64,000 bases of DNA. Origin: Candidatus Eiseniibacteriota bacterium. GTDB taxonomy: Bacteria; Eisenbacteria; RBG-16-71-46; JAFGJU01. Shown one piece after another: positions 54,886 to 64,000 of the stretch. A program made the translations under genes and the position numbers. Each line of letters begins with the position of its first letter. Within the stretch, counting starts at the first letter, position 1. A model generated the notes under the pieces. That model made no database searches. It was not told the origin of the DNA and worked only from the letters and a program-made list of their open reading frames with translations. The stretch covers positions 79,281 through 143,280 of the forward strand of contig JAPLKG010000014.1 of assembly GCA_026388185.1 (NCBI GenBank), in the 5' to 3' direction.

Positions 54886-57800
54886 ATGTCTATCGTCACA
54901 ACATTCCGTTTGCGGTTCCTGCCCGCTCTGAGAAGGCGCACGCCCGCCATTCTGGCCATGGCAGTAACAGTCTTTCTGCTCTATTCTCCAGACTCTACTC
55001 TGGCACATGAACGTTGGGGAGAGTCGCATCAGCCTGATAGTTTGGGCGCCGCGTTCTCTGACATTGGAACTCGCCCCGGTGATGCAGGATCTCCTCCGCG
55101 TATTGACCCCATGGGAGTTGTACGTATGGTGGACGGCAACAGGTCTGCGATGGCCAAAGAATCCCCGCTTGTTGCAGGTGATGCCGGTACAGGTGAGGTC
55201 GGACCGCCTTTTCTAATTGGAGCCGAGACCGTTTACGGGCCAGTGAGGCTGGACCAGCGGAGTGTTGCCGTTGCGTCTGACGGTTCCAACTATCTCGTGG
55301 TCTGGTCTGACGCGCGCAACAGCTACGACGCGATTTATGGTGACATTTATGCCGCACGAGTGACCGCCTCGGGAGAGGTGCTTGATCCCTGCGGAATACC
55401 CGTTTCGACGGCCCTCGGAAGCCAAAGATGGCCTTCCGTCTCATTCGACGGGACCAACTACCTTGTCGTCTGGGAAGATGAGCGAAACTACGAGTGGGAT
55501 ATCTACGGTACTCGAGTGAGTGTTTCGGGTGATGTTCTTGACCCGGACGGGGTCCCAATTTACGACGCCTCTGGTGACCAGTTTCGACCCACTATCGCCT
55601 TTGACGGGATGAACTACATGGTAGCGTGGCAAGACTGGCGTTCGGGATCTCCCGACATTTATGGGGCACGGGTTGAAAAATCTCTGCACGTTCTTGATCC
55701 TACCGGAATACCTTTTTGCGTATCCGTTGGAGATCAGTATTATCCTGAGATAGCGTTCGGCGCCGGCAGCTACCTCGTGGTCTGGCAGGATCGTCGCAGC
55801 GGTTCGAACTGGGATATCTACGGAACGCGAGTCAGCACATCCGGAACTGTGCTGGATCCCTCCGGTATAGCTGTCCTCACAGGCTTACTCGATGAGTACA
55901 CTCCCGATGTTGCATCTGACGGCACCGGTTACATGGTCGTATGGGCAGACGGCCGCAAGGGCGGTGGCGATGTCGAGTGTGATATCTATGGCACGAGGAT
56001 AAACACATCGGGGAATGTACTCGACCCCGGCGGCATAGCGATCTCTACTGCGTCGTACATGCAGCACTGGCCGGCGATTGCATATGACGGGGCAAACTAC
56101 GTTGTGGTCTGGGAGGATAAACGAAACGGATTGTGTGACATATATGCGACAAGGGTAAGTGCATCCGGCAGTGTAATCGACCCAAGCGGCTTACTGGTTT
56201 CATCCGCGGTGAATGAGCAGTATTTCCCTGCGCTTGCGTTCAACGGAACCAGCTATCTCGTAGTTTGGGATGACTACCGCACTTCAAAAGAGTGGAATAC
56301 GTTTGGGGCTCGACTGACTACTTCCGGAGATGTCCTCGATACTCTGGGTATAATAATTTCCTCAGTTGTAAATGAGCTGTACTGGCCTGCTGTGGCGTTT
56401 GACGGAAAAAACTACCTCGTGGTGTGGTATGACACTCGGACTGGATCAATGGACATTTACGGGGCTAGAGTGGATACTTCCGGCAATGTTCTCGACCCCG
56501 ACGCAATCTCTATCTCGACAGCACAGGGCGATCAGGCCCTTCCAAGCGTAGCCTTTGACGGCACAAACTACATGGTGGTCTGGGAAGACTACCGCAGTTT
56601 GACGGGGTGGAACATCTACGGGGCCCGCGTAGACACTGCCGGCAGTGTGCTCGACCCTTCAGGAATACCGATTTCTACTGCCTCGGGCGATCAGTATGCT
56701 CCCTCGTTGGCTTTTGACGGTACGAACTATCTGGTTACTTGGGCGGACGCTCGCTCCAGCGGAGTCGAGGTCTATTGTGATATCTATGGAGCGCGCGTGA
56801 GCACATCCGGCACCGTTCTGGACACGAACGGTTTTGCGATTTCTGCAGAAATGAACATGCAACACTGGCCGGCGGTGGCCTTTGACGGCACAAACTACAT
56901 GGTGGTATGGCAGGACACGCGCGATGAAGGGGACAGCCACATATACGCCACGCGAGTTACTCCGTCTGCCGAAGTTCTGGAACCGCAAGGAATTCTAGTA
57001 TCGGCGGCGGCGACGGAGGAGTATCTGCCGGCAATAGAGTTTGATGGAACCAACTATTTCGCAGTGTGGGAAGACAATCGGAGTGGTACTGATTTTGACG
57101 TCTGTGGGGCAAGGCTGACACCGGCTGGCGTTGTACTGGACCCCGGTGGAATCGTAATCTCAATGGCGCCCTTCCATCAACTATACCCTTGCCTAGTCTT
57201 CGACGGCACCACCTACGTAGTGGCTTGGCAGGACTTGCGTAGCGGCATTTACTTTGACGTGTACGCCGCGCGCGTAAAACCCTCGGGGGTCGTTCTCGAT
57301 CCTGCGGGCGTGCCTATTTCCAGTGGGGCAGAGCACGAACTATATCCTGCAGCATGTACGTCACGCCCCGGGAGCTTCTTCATCGCATACTCCTCCTATG
57401 TTCCGGTCATCGGGTCTTGCTCCTCGTACCGGATTACGGGAAATATGTGGAGTGGAGTTTCCCTTGTTCCGCAGTGTATTGGATACTGGGCGTTCGACGA
57501 AGGAGAGGGCGGCGTTGCGACAGACAGCGCGTTGGCGAACCATGGGGTCGTGTACGACGCAGCCTGGACGGAGGGAATAAGGGGCAGCGCGCTTTCTTTC
57601 AACGGAGTTAACTCATATGTGCGAATTCCGAATATCTCGGCATACAATCTCGCCAATGAGGTGTCGGTAGAGGCCTGGGTTCAGATGACCCCATCGCAGA
57701 CGTCATCGATGCCTCATATCTTTGACAAATCGCACAGGGGTGGAGTTGAACCTCCTTACTATTCCGGGTACGCACTATGTGGCTCTGTAGATGAAGACTA

Positions 57801-58419
57801 TTCACTCGCCTTCGCAGCGTGCAACAGTAGTTCATGCTTTGAGTCTAATTCTGTGGTCGCTCTTAACGACGGTAAATGGCATTTCATAGCTGGAACGGTC
57901 TCTTCTCGGGACAGCGTCATCTGTTTCTATCTTGACGGCGAGCTAACAATGGAACGGCCGTTTGAGGGTTCTCTTGGTGTAAACGACGGAGATGTCTTTG
58001 TGGGACGCTGGTGGTATGGAGGCAACTGCTTCTCAGGCATAATAGATGAAGTAAAGATCTATGGCAGTGTGCTTGGTCCAGATGAGATATGGCAACACTA
58101 CGAAGATACCTATGTTGGCGTGGATGATGACTTCGTTGCCCCGAGAACACCCAGGGAAAGGGTATTCCTGGCACAGAATTTTCCCAATCCATTCAATCCC
58201 GCTACTTTACTTTCTTTCTACTTGGTAGAGGCCGCGCACGTCAAGTTGTCAGTTTTTGACATCGGCGGCAGCGAGGTTTCGGTACTGTGGCAGGGGCCGA
58301 TGTCTTCGGGTTGGCACACTCTCAATTGGAACGCACCCGAGCTGGCGAGCGGAGTCTATTTCGTGAGGCTGGACGCGGGAGAGATTGTCAAGACCCGCAA
58401 GGCGGTGCTCCTCAAATAA
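54886..58419 (+). CDS. T9SS cargo protein with about 13 tandem repeats of about 47 aa, LamG/ConA-like domain and T9SS C-terminal sorting domain
   Basis: Signal peptide; repeats of DGTNYLVVW.D.R.....DIYGARV..SG.VLDP.GI.IS.A.GDQ..P.VAF; LamG-like SALSFNGVNSYVRIPN...DEVKIYGSVL; C-terminal LAQNFPNPFNPATLLSF...SGVYFVRLDAGEIVKTRKAVLLK. Confidence 0.75.
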   Translation: MSIVTTFRLRFLPALRRRTPAILAMAVTVFLLYSPDSTLAHERWGESHQPDSLGAAFSDIGTRPGDAGSPPRIDPMGVVRMVDGNRSAMAKESPLVAGDAGTGEVGPPFLIGAETVYGPVRLDQRSVAVASDGSNYLVVWSDARNSYDAIYGDIYAARVTASGEVLDPCGIPVSTALGSQRWPSVSFDGTNYLVVWEDERNYEWDIYGTRVSVSGDVLDPDGVPIYDASGDQFRPTIAFDGMNYMVAWQDWRSGSPDIYGARVEKSLHVLDPTGIPFCVSVGDQYYPEIAFGAGSYLVVWQDRRSGSNWDIYGTRVSTSGTVLDPSGIAVLTGLLDEYTPDVASDGTGYMVVWADGRKGGGDVECDIYGTRINTSGNVLDPGGIAISTASYMQHWPAIAYDGANYVVVWEDKRNGLCDIYATRVSASGSVIDPSGLLVSSAVNEQYFPALAFNGTSYLVVWDDYRTSKEWNTFGARLTTSGDVLDTLGIIISSVVNELYWPAVAFDGKNYLVVWYDTRTGSMDIYGARVDTSGNVLDPDAISISTAQGDQALPSVAFDGTNYMVVWEDYRSLTGWNIYGARVDTAGSVLDPSGIPISTASGDQYAPSLAFDGTNYLVTWADARSSGVEVYCDIYGARVSTSGTVLDTNGFAISAEMNMQHWPAVAFDGTNYMVVWQDTRDEGDSHIYATRVTPSAEVLEPQGILVSAAATEEYLPAIEFDGTNYFAVWEDNRSGTDFDVCGARLTPAGVVLDPGGIVISMAPFHQLYPCLVFDGTTYVVAWQDLRSGIYFDVYAARVKPSGVVLDPAGVPISSGAEHELYPAACTSRPGSFFIAYSSYVPVIGSCSSYRITGNMWSGVSLVPQCIGYWAFDEGEGGVATDSALANHGVVYDAAWTEGIRGSALSFNGVNSYVRIPNISAYNLANEVSVEAWVQMTPSQTSSMPHIFDKSHRGGVEPPYYSGYALCGSVDEDYSLAFAACNSSSCFESNSVVALNDGKWHFIAGTVSSRDSVICFYLDGELTMERPFEGSLGVNDGDVFVGRWWYGGNCFSGIIDEVKIYGSVLGPDEIWQHYEDTYVGVDDDFVAPRTPRERVFLAQNFPNPFNPATLLSFYLVEAAHVKLSVFDIGGSEVSVLWQGPMSSGWHTLNWNAPELASGVYFVRLDAGEIVKTRKAVLLK

Positions 58420-58787
58420 TATGGAATCGACACGACCAGATGGGCCACCTTGTGACTAGTTCCGGAGGACTAAGTCGCATCGCAGCTAGACCGCCAGACG
58501 AAGGCATAGGCCAGATCTTATTGTTCCCTGCAATCTCCCAATTCCCACGATACGTTACACTATCTAACACCTTCGGAGTGTTTGACATGGAGGTTCATTC
58601 GCGCTACCATTCGTCAATCAATCCAGAAACCCTTATGAAATGGTGAACAACAGCTGAATTGCTGCACAGGAGAAGGTGATAGCCGTTCGGCAAAGTCGGC
58701 TGAGTTGGCTCACAAGAGTCATTACTAGCAAACATCTTTGAAAGGCGAATAGACCCGAGAAGGAACTCCAGAGGAGTAGATCAAGAT

Positions 58788-59876
58788 ATGGAGATTAAGG
58801 TAATAAAGGGGCCGCTTGACGCAGAAACGCTGGGGGCGGTTGCAAGACTATATGGGACATACGACAAGAAGTATAGCTCGATAGACTTTTGCAGAACAAT
58901 ATTCAATGAGAATCCCTCGGGCTATTCCTTTCACTCGTTTGCTTACGTAGAAGGTAAGGCTGTTGGTCATTGTGCGACAATCCCAATGGAAATATATGTT
59001 AACGGCAAGACAGAATTGTCGGCAAAGGCAGAAGCTTTGTTCTTGGAAGGAGAGCACCGGTCCAAACTCATCAAAGAGGGCAACCTTGAAGTGCCCGCAG
59101 TGGTTTCTATCGCTGCCCACCTCTACAAGTCCACCCTGGAGGAGCCCAGCATAAAGGTAATCCACGGTATCTGTGACGACGTTATCGGGCTCATTCATAG
59201 AATGGCGGGTTGCAAGAGAAGAACCGCGAGGCAGACAAAGTACATGTTCATATCTTCCCCGAAGTTCATTTCGGATTCAGGCAGTTCTCTCCGAAAGAAG
59301 CTAGCTTTGGGAACCGTTTTCGTACTCCAGCAAATACTGTTGAATTTCTTCTACGTGGTCCTCTTGATCTCTCTCAAGTTATCCTCTTATAGACACATAG
59401 TCGGTGATTCCAATCAGCCCATACAGTTCATGACTATCCCTCCTGGCGCCCTGACCAATGAGAACACGTGGACCCTCGCGAGAAATGCGGCCAACTTTTC
59501 GTGGTTCTTCAAAACGGGGCTCCTTGAAACGGTGACAACAAAGGACCCTATAAGGCAGTGTGCGGTCATAAGGAGAAACTTGAAGGATGGCCATGATCTA
59601 GAAATAGTCGCCTATAACTCCGTAGGTGGTGGTGGATTTGAAGCGCTCGGCTTGCTCTACTGCATCATAAAGAGGGCCAAAGAAACTAAGGCGGGACGCG
59701 TTGTGTTCTATGACTCAGCACTGCACGAGAAGAAGGCCGGAGTACAATTGGCCAGTAGGCTGCTTGGCTTTGTTAGCCGAAACGAAGAGGCTCTGATTTT
59801 TCTAAAGTCTAATGATAGCTTCTTCCTGAGAAGAGACAGCGTATTGTTTACCCCGCTGCTTCACGGCGTCTTCTGA
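58788..59876 (+). CDS. hypothetical protein, possible GNAT-fold acyltransferase (FemAB/CelD-like)
   Basis: 362 aa in lower-GC patch; weak resemblance only. Confidence 0.3.
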   Translation: MEIKVIKGPLDAETLGAVARLYGTYDKKYSSIDFCRTIFNENPSGYSFHSFAYVEGKAVGHCATIPMEIYVNGKTELSAKAEALFLEGEHRSKLIKEGNLEVPAVVSIAAHLYKSTLEEPSIKVIHGICDDVIGLIHRMAGCKRRTARQTKYMFISSPKFISDSGSSLRKKLALGTVFVLQQILLNFFYVVLLISLKLSSYRHIVGDSNQPIQFMTIPPGALTNENTWTLARNAANFSWFFKTGLLETVTTKDPIRQCAVIRRNLKDGHDLEIVAYNSVGGGGFEALGLLYCIIKRAKETKAGRVVFYDSALHEKKAGVQLASRLLGFVSRNEEALIFLKSNDSFFLRRDSVLFTPLLHGVF

Positions 59877-60042
59877 AGCGATTCCAGGAGAATTCTCCAA
59901 AATCAAACTCCTAACGGCTACTTGACGGAAGCTAGCGGGCAATGGCGCGATGTTCATCAAGTCCTCCACAAGATTCCCATCAAGGCAACCGTAGTTGAGA
60001 GAACGAGCTTTACTAACAAGTTAAGGATAAGCAGGAGTAAGA

Positions 60043-61305
60043 GTGACACATATTGAGCTCAATAGTGGACCCGTAAATGCTTATCTTAGGAAAACGATTC
60101 GCCTCTGGCTTGGCTTGAAGAATACTCAGGCGATCGAGATACCCGAGATGCCAGACAGTCTTAGGAGGCTTTTTCTTCGCGTTGAGGAGTATGACAAGAA
60201 GCACCGCGACCAATGGGGCGAATGGGAACATTCTTTCTCCTTGAACTATCAAGAAGGCAGGCTCTGGATTCCCGAGGTGGATTACTGGGTCTCCGGTATT
60301 CGAGAGGGGTTAAGGCAGGGAAAGGTTCCGCTTGAGCGGCTGTGGCCGGACAATTACGATTTCGCTGTTTGCCTGACACATGATGTGGATTTGATTAGCG
60401 AACAGGCCACCTTCGGACAGAAGATTCGAGAGATACGGAAACACCTGTCTGACAAGAGCGATGTCACTCCGGGTGCGCCGTCAAGAAGGCTCTCGAACCT
60501 AGCTAGGCCACTCGTAAGAAGCGCCATAACAAAGACCTATAGTCATCCGAGCACAGAAAGAACGATAGAAGTAGCGTTAGAAATCGAGAGGGAATTTGGG
60601 GTAGTTTCATCGTTTTTCTTTGCAGTGTGTCCGTTGAGGAAGTATAGCAAATACGATTGCGTTTACTCTCTGTATGATCCCTGCAAATTCAGGGGGAAGA
60701 ATATTCGAGTTCTTCAGATGATGAGAATCATGTCTGAGGAAGGGTTTGATATAGGACTCCACGGAAGTTATTACTCGGCAACTGACGCTGAAATGCTAAA
60801 AGAGCAGAGGAAAATGATTGAGGATGCTATCGGAAAAGAAGTAATAACTACGCGCCAGCATTGGTTGAATTGGGACATAAATACTACGCCTAGAAACCAG
60901 TATAATGCGGGACTGCTGGTTGACAGTTCACTGGGATTCAACAGAAACATCGGTTTTAGAAGTGGGACTGCGCTTCCATATCACTTCTTCGACGTTCTGA
61001 ACCAAGAAGTAATCCCTCTTCTAGAGGTTCCTGTAATTATCCACGAAGGTGCTCTGTTCGGCAGTAATGCCCTCGAGTATGATTTGGAAATGTCTCTAGA
61101 CGTTGTGCGAAAACTAATTGACAGAATAGCAGAGACCAATGCTTGTTTGGCTATTGTGCTTCATCCTCACAGTTTTCTTGATAAGACGTGCGAGGAACTG
61201 TACAGATGGGTCCTGCACTATTGCGTCGAGAGAAACGGATGGCTGACTTCCTTGAAGGGTATCAATGAGTGGTGGAAAAAGAGGGAGAGAGTATTGGAGG
61301 AATAG
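60043..61305 (+). CDS. hypothetical hydrolase, polysaccharide deacetylase-like (CE4/DUF2334-like)
   Basis: CLTHDVD and IGLHGSYYS motifs reminiscent of deacetylase His/Asp sites; GTG start. Confidence 0.35.
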   Translation: MTHIELNSGPVNAYLRKTIRLWLGLKNTQAIEIPEMPDSLRRLFLRVEEYDKKHRDQWGEWEHSFSLNYQEGRLWIPEVDYWVSGIREGLRQGKVPLERLWPDNYDFAVCLTHDVDLISEQATFGQKIREIRKHLSDKSDVTPGAPSRRLSNLARPLVRSAITKTYSHPSTERTIEVALEIEREFGVVSSFFFAVCPLRKYSKYDCVYSLYDPCKFRGKNIRVLQMMRIMSEEGFDIGLHGSYYSATDAEMLKEQRKMIEDAIGKEVITTRQHWLNWDINTTPRNQYNAGLLVDSSLGFNRNIGFRSGTALPYHFFDVLNQEVIPLLEVPVIIHEGALFGSNALEYDLEMSLDVVRKLIDRIAETNACLAIVLHPHSFLDKTCEELYRWVLHYCVERNGWLTSLKGINEWWKKRERVLEE

Positions 61306-61328
61306 TCTGAAACGTGGGCCATCGAGGG

Positions 61329-61362
61329 CCTTGAGGCCCCGCCGGGCTCGGGGCTCTCAAGG
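61329..61362. terminator. GC-rich hairpin (possible intrinsic terminator, weak U-tract)
   Basis: ccttgag-gccccg ccgggct cggggc-t-ctcaagg: 13-bp interrupted stem, 7-nt loop, 24 nt after stop of 60043..61305. Confidence 0.3.
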
Positions 61363-61464
61363 CTCGTGTGTCCTGTGTCACAACTATCGGCGGGCCGCTA
61401 CGGGCTGCTCCAACAGCCACGGCCTCTTCTCGCGTCTGCGGCCGCCGCTGTTATCGGGTGCCGC

Positions 61465-61833
61465 CTACCTCTTTCCCCTCATCATCGCCTTCATCTGCGC
61501 CACTCTCGCTGGGTCCGCCATCATCATGCCCACGGCCTGATCCGCCATTGTGGTGTTGGCCATGAGCTTCTCCATCATCTTACTGGCGAGCGCATTGTCG
61601 CCAGCGATCTTGTCCATGATCTTCGCAGTCGAGACAGTGTCGGCGCACATGGAGCTAATCATGCTGTCCACTGCCTTGGGGTTTGCCATCATGCCCTTCA
61701 CAAGCTGGTCAACTGCCGCCGGATCCTGCATGAGCTTGTCCATCATCTTCTGCCGGTCACAGCTTAGCCCGGCGACGAGCACTAAAGCCACGCACAAACC
61801 GATCACGAAATATGCTCTTTTCAACTGAAACAC
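61465..61833 (-). CDS. Met-rich lipoprotein with internal repeats
   Basis: Lipobox VAGLS|C; repeated M-rich blocks (KLMQDPAAVDQLVKGMMANPKAVDSMISSM / KMMEKLMANTTMADQAVGMMMADPARVAQMKAMM). Confidence 0.5.
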   Translation of the reverse strand: MFQLKRAYFVIGLCVALVLVAGLSCDRQKMMDKLMQDPAAVDQLVKGMMANPKAVDSMISSMCADTVSTAKIMDKIAGDNALASKMMEKLMANTTMADQAVGMMMADPARVAQMKAMMRGKR

Positions 61834-61860
61834 CTCCTGTCAAACAATCGGCCCGGTCTC

Positions 61861-64000
61861 CTACTCTTCCTCGCTTCCCACCACTACCCTCGCAACGTCC
61901 ACGACTTTGTCGCCCTCGTCAAGTTGAATCAGCTTCACTCCCTGAGTGTTACGGCCCATCACGGACACCCCGCGTATGGGAAGACGGATTATCACGCCCT
62001 TGGCGGTGATTATCATGAGCTCGTCGTCGTCTCCCACTTGCTTCAGGCACTTGACCGGGCCGTTTCGAGGCGTATTCTTCACGGTGATTATTCCCTTCCC
62101 GCCGCGCCCGGTGAGACGATACTCGTCAATCGGACTCCTCTTACCGTATCCGTTTTCTGTGACAACGAGAAGCGTGCCCTCGCCGGTCACGGATAGCATC
62201 GAGACGACCCCGTCATTCTTATCAAGCCAGACGCCTCTAACGCCGCCAGCGGTTCTTCCCATGGATCTCACTTGCTTCTCGTGAAATCTGATCGCCTTCC
62301 CCTGCCTCTTCGCGAGAATCATGTCCTGACTGCCGTCCGTAATCCGGGCGTCAATCACGCTGTCTTCTTCGTCGAGGCCGATGGCGATGATGCCGTCCCT
62401 CCGAGGATTCCCGTAGGCTGAAAGAACGGTCTTCTTAATCATGCCCTTTCGCGTCGCGATGACAAGATGGTGAGTGTCGTCGAATTCTTTGGTCCAGACA
62501 AAAGCCGCCATTCGCTCTTCCTTCCCAAGCTGAATCATGTTCACGATGGGCTTGCCCCTCGAAAGCCGGCCGGCCTGAGGTATTTCGTGAACCTTGATCC
62601 AGTAGCAGCGTCCCTTGTCGGTGAGAAATAGAATGTAGGTGTGCGTGGAGGCAATGAAGAGGTGTTCGATAAAATCTTCCTCTTTCGTGGCCGCGCCCGT
62701 GATTCCCCTGCCTCCGCGTTTCTGTCGCCTGTAAGTACTTACTGGCAGCCTCTTGATATACCCGGAATGGGAAATGGTGATGACCATGTCTTCTTCGGCG
62801 ATCAGGTCTTCGACGTCGAACTCGTCGACCGCCGCCATGATTTCCGTGCGTCTTTCATCCGCATGATTCTTCCTGAGCTCGAGGACCTCGTTCTTGATTA
62901 TTTCCATTATCTTCCTCGCGCTCCCCAGGATGCCCCTGAGCTTCTCGATCAGCTTGATGACTTCTATGTACTCGTCCTCGATCTTTTTCCTCTCGAGACC
63001 CGTCAGTCTCTGGAGTCTCATGTCGAGAATGGCCTGGGCCTGTATCTCGGAGAGCTTGAATTTCTGCATCAGGCCCTGCCGCGCAGTATCAACGTCGGGG
63101 GATTTCTTGATGAGCGCGATTATCTCGTCGATGTGATCGAGCGCTATCTTGAGGCCCTCCAGAATGTGGGCCCGCTTCTCGGCCTCGTCCAAGTCAAACT
63201 GGGTCCTTCGTTTCACGACTTCCTGGCGGTGCTCGATGTAGAGGCCTATCATCTCGCGCAACGTGAGAACCCTGGGCCGGTTCTTGACAAGCGCAATCAT
63301 GTTCGCGCCAAACGTGCTCTGTAGCTGGGTGTGCTTGAAGAGTTGGTTCAACACGACGTGAGGCTGCGCGTCTTTCTTGAGCTCGATCAGGATTCTCATT
63401 CCGTCCCTGTCCGACTCGTCCCTCACGTCCGAGATTCCCGTTATCTTGCCCTCTCGCACGAGCTCGGCGACCTTCTCCAGAACGGCGGACTTATTTACCT
63501 GGTAAGGTATCTCGTTTATGATGATGAATTCCCTGCCGCTCTTCTCCTGCGTCTCGATCTTAGCCCTGGCCCTCACTATGATGAGGCCCTTACCGTTGAG
63601 GTAGCAGTCCCTGATCCCCTGCCGGCCGTAGATTATCCCGCCCGTCGGGAAGTCGGGCCCTTCCACGATAGCGAGAAGCTCTTCAGGGGGCACATCGGGT
63701 TCTTCAATGACTTTCACGATCGCGTCGCATATTTCCCCGAGATTGTGCGGAGGGATATTCGTGGCCATTCCGACGGCGATGCCGGACGCGCCGTTCACGA
63801 GGAGATTGGGAACGAGAGCAGGGAGAACCACGGGCTCTTGCCTGGTCTCGTCGTAGTTCGGCTTGAAATCGACCGTGTTCTTTTCTATGTCGCGCAGCAT
63901 CTCCTCGGCGACCAGCGTGAGTCGCGCCTCGGTGTAACGCTCTGCCGCTGCGGCGTCGCCGTCCACGGAACCGAAGTTGCCCTGGCCGTTCACGAGGGGA
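61861..64000 (-). CDS. gyrA: DNA gyrase subunit A (3' portion; N-terminus beyond window)
   Basis: GyrA blocks incl. [24 protein letters not shown] and C-terminal beta-pinwheel repeats; ORF runs off window end. Confidence 0.95.
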   Translation of the reverse strand, partial: PLVNGQGNFGSVDGDAAAAERYTEARLTLVAEEMLRDIEKNTVDFKPNYDETRQEPVVLPALVPNLLVNGASGIAVGMATNIPPHNLGEICDAIVKVIEEPDVPPEELLAIVEGPDFPTGGIIYGRQGIRDCYLNGKGLIIVRARAKIETQEKSGREFIIINEIPYQVNKSAVLEKVAELVREGKITGISDVRDESDRDGMRILIELKKDAQPHVVLNQLFKHTQLQSTFGANMIALVKNRPRVLTLREMIGLYIEHRQEVVKRRTQFDLDEAEKRAHILEGLKIALDHIDEIIALIKKSPDVDTARQGLMQKFKLSEIQAQAILDMRLQRLTGLERKKIEDEYIEVIKLIEKLRGILGSARKIMEIIKNEVLELRKNHADERRTEIMAAVDEFDVEDLIAEEDMVITISHSGYIKRLPVSTYRRQKRGGRGITGAATKEEDFIEHLFIASTHTYILFLTDKGRCYWIKVHEIPQAGRLSRGKPIVNMIQLGKEERMAAFVWTKEFDDTHHLVIATRKGMIKKTVLSAYGNPRRDGIIAIGLDEEDSVIDARITDGSQDMILAKRQGKAIRFHEKQVRSMGRTAGGVRGVWLDKNDGVVSMLSVTGEGTLLVVTENGYGKRSPIDEYRLTGRGGKGIITVKNTPRNGPVKCLKQVGDDDELMIITAKGVIIRLPIRGVSVMGRNTQGVKLIQLDEGDKVVDVARVVVGSEEE

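Noticed and set aside
1-64000. CRISPR arrays, tRNA or rRNA genes
   Set aside because: No evenly spaced direct repeats of 25-40 nt with unique spacers, and no tRNA T-loop/acceptor pattern or rRNA-like stretch recognised by eye. A tRNAscan/Infernal run would be needed to be certain.

Overview
The window is a high-GC (about 60-65%) bacterial chromosomal segment with several lower-GC inserts at roughly 3.05-4.14 kb, 29.3-30.5 kb and 58.4-61.3 kb. Three large secreted proteins end in a type-9-secretion (T9SS) C-terminal sorting domain, which points to an FCB-superphylum-like or candidate-phylum lineage. I recognised no rRNA, tRNA, CRISPR array, integrase or transposase.

Layout:
- 0.2-14.7 kb: accessory island dense in toxin-antitoxin and nuclease-type genes. 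It holds VapBC, an orphan ParB-like protein, a PD-(D/E)xK-like protein, a HEPN-motif protein, BrnTA, an HNH nuclease, two paralogous CPBP intramembrane proteases, a truncated RelE-like toxin next to an intact Phd, a frameshifted HigB next to an intact HigA, two GNATs, and DUF2007 and DUF4870 proteins.
- 15.2-19.3 kb: membrane-anchored octaheme c-type cytochrome, glutamine synthetase (glnA), DedA.
- 19.7-26.2 kb: tandem paralogous proteins combining a metzincin-like protease domain, FG-GAP-like repeats and a T9SS sorting domain, with a small secreted protein between them.
- 26.3-35.2 kb: Tat-exported FAD oxidoreductase, a PD-(D/E)xK-like plus pRiA4b-ORF3-like gene pair, a low-GC patch with an intact RelBE-type module, a flotillin, and an unusual aminotransferase fused to an HPr-kinase-like domain.
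- 35.2-44.8 kb: Cus/Czc-type heavy-metal RND efflux operon (outer-membrane factor, membrane fusion protein, RND pump, Cys/Met-rich lipoprotein) facing a sigma54-dependent two-component system across an intergenic region that carries a sigma54 promoter and a 16-bp perfect inverted repeat.
- 44.8-54.6 kb: secreted hypothetical protein, AraC regulator, M20 peptidase, macro domain, MFS transporter, GNAT, GT4 glycosyltransferase, carbon-nitrogen hydrolase.
- 54.9-58.4 kb: T9SS cargo with about 13 tandem repeats of about 47 aa plus a LamG-like domain.
- 58.4-61.3 kb: lower-GC patch with acyltransferase-like and deacetylase-like genes.
- 61.5-64.0 kb: Met-rich lipoprotein and the 3' portion of gyrA.

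The most unusual items are the aminotransferase/HprK-like fusion, the tandem metzincin T9SS cargo pair with an intervening small secreted protein, the candidate multi-gene nuclease modules in the island with inactivated toxins, and the sigma54-controlled metal-efflux locus.
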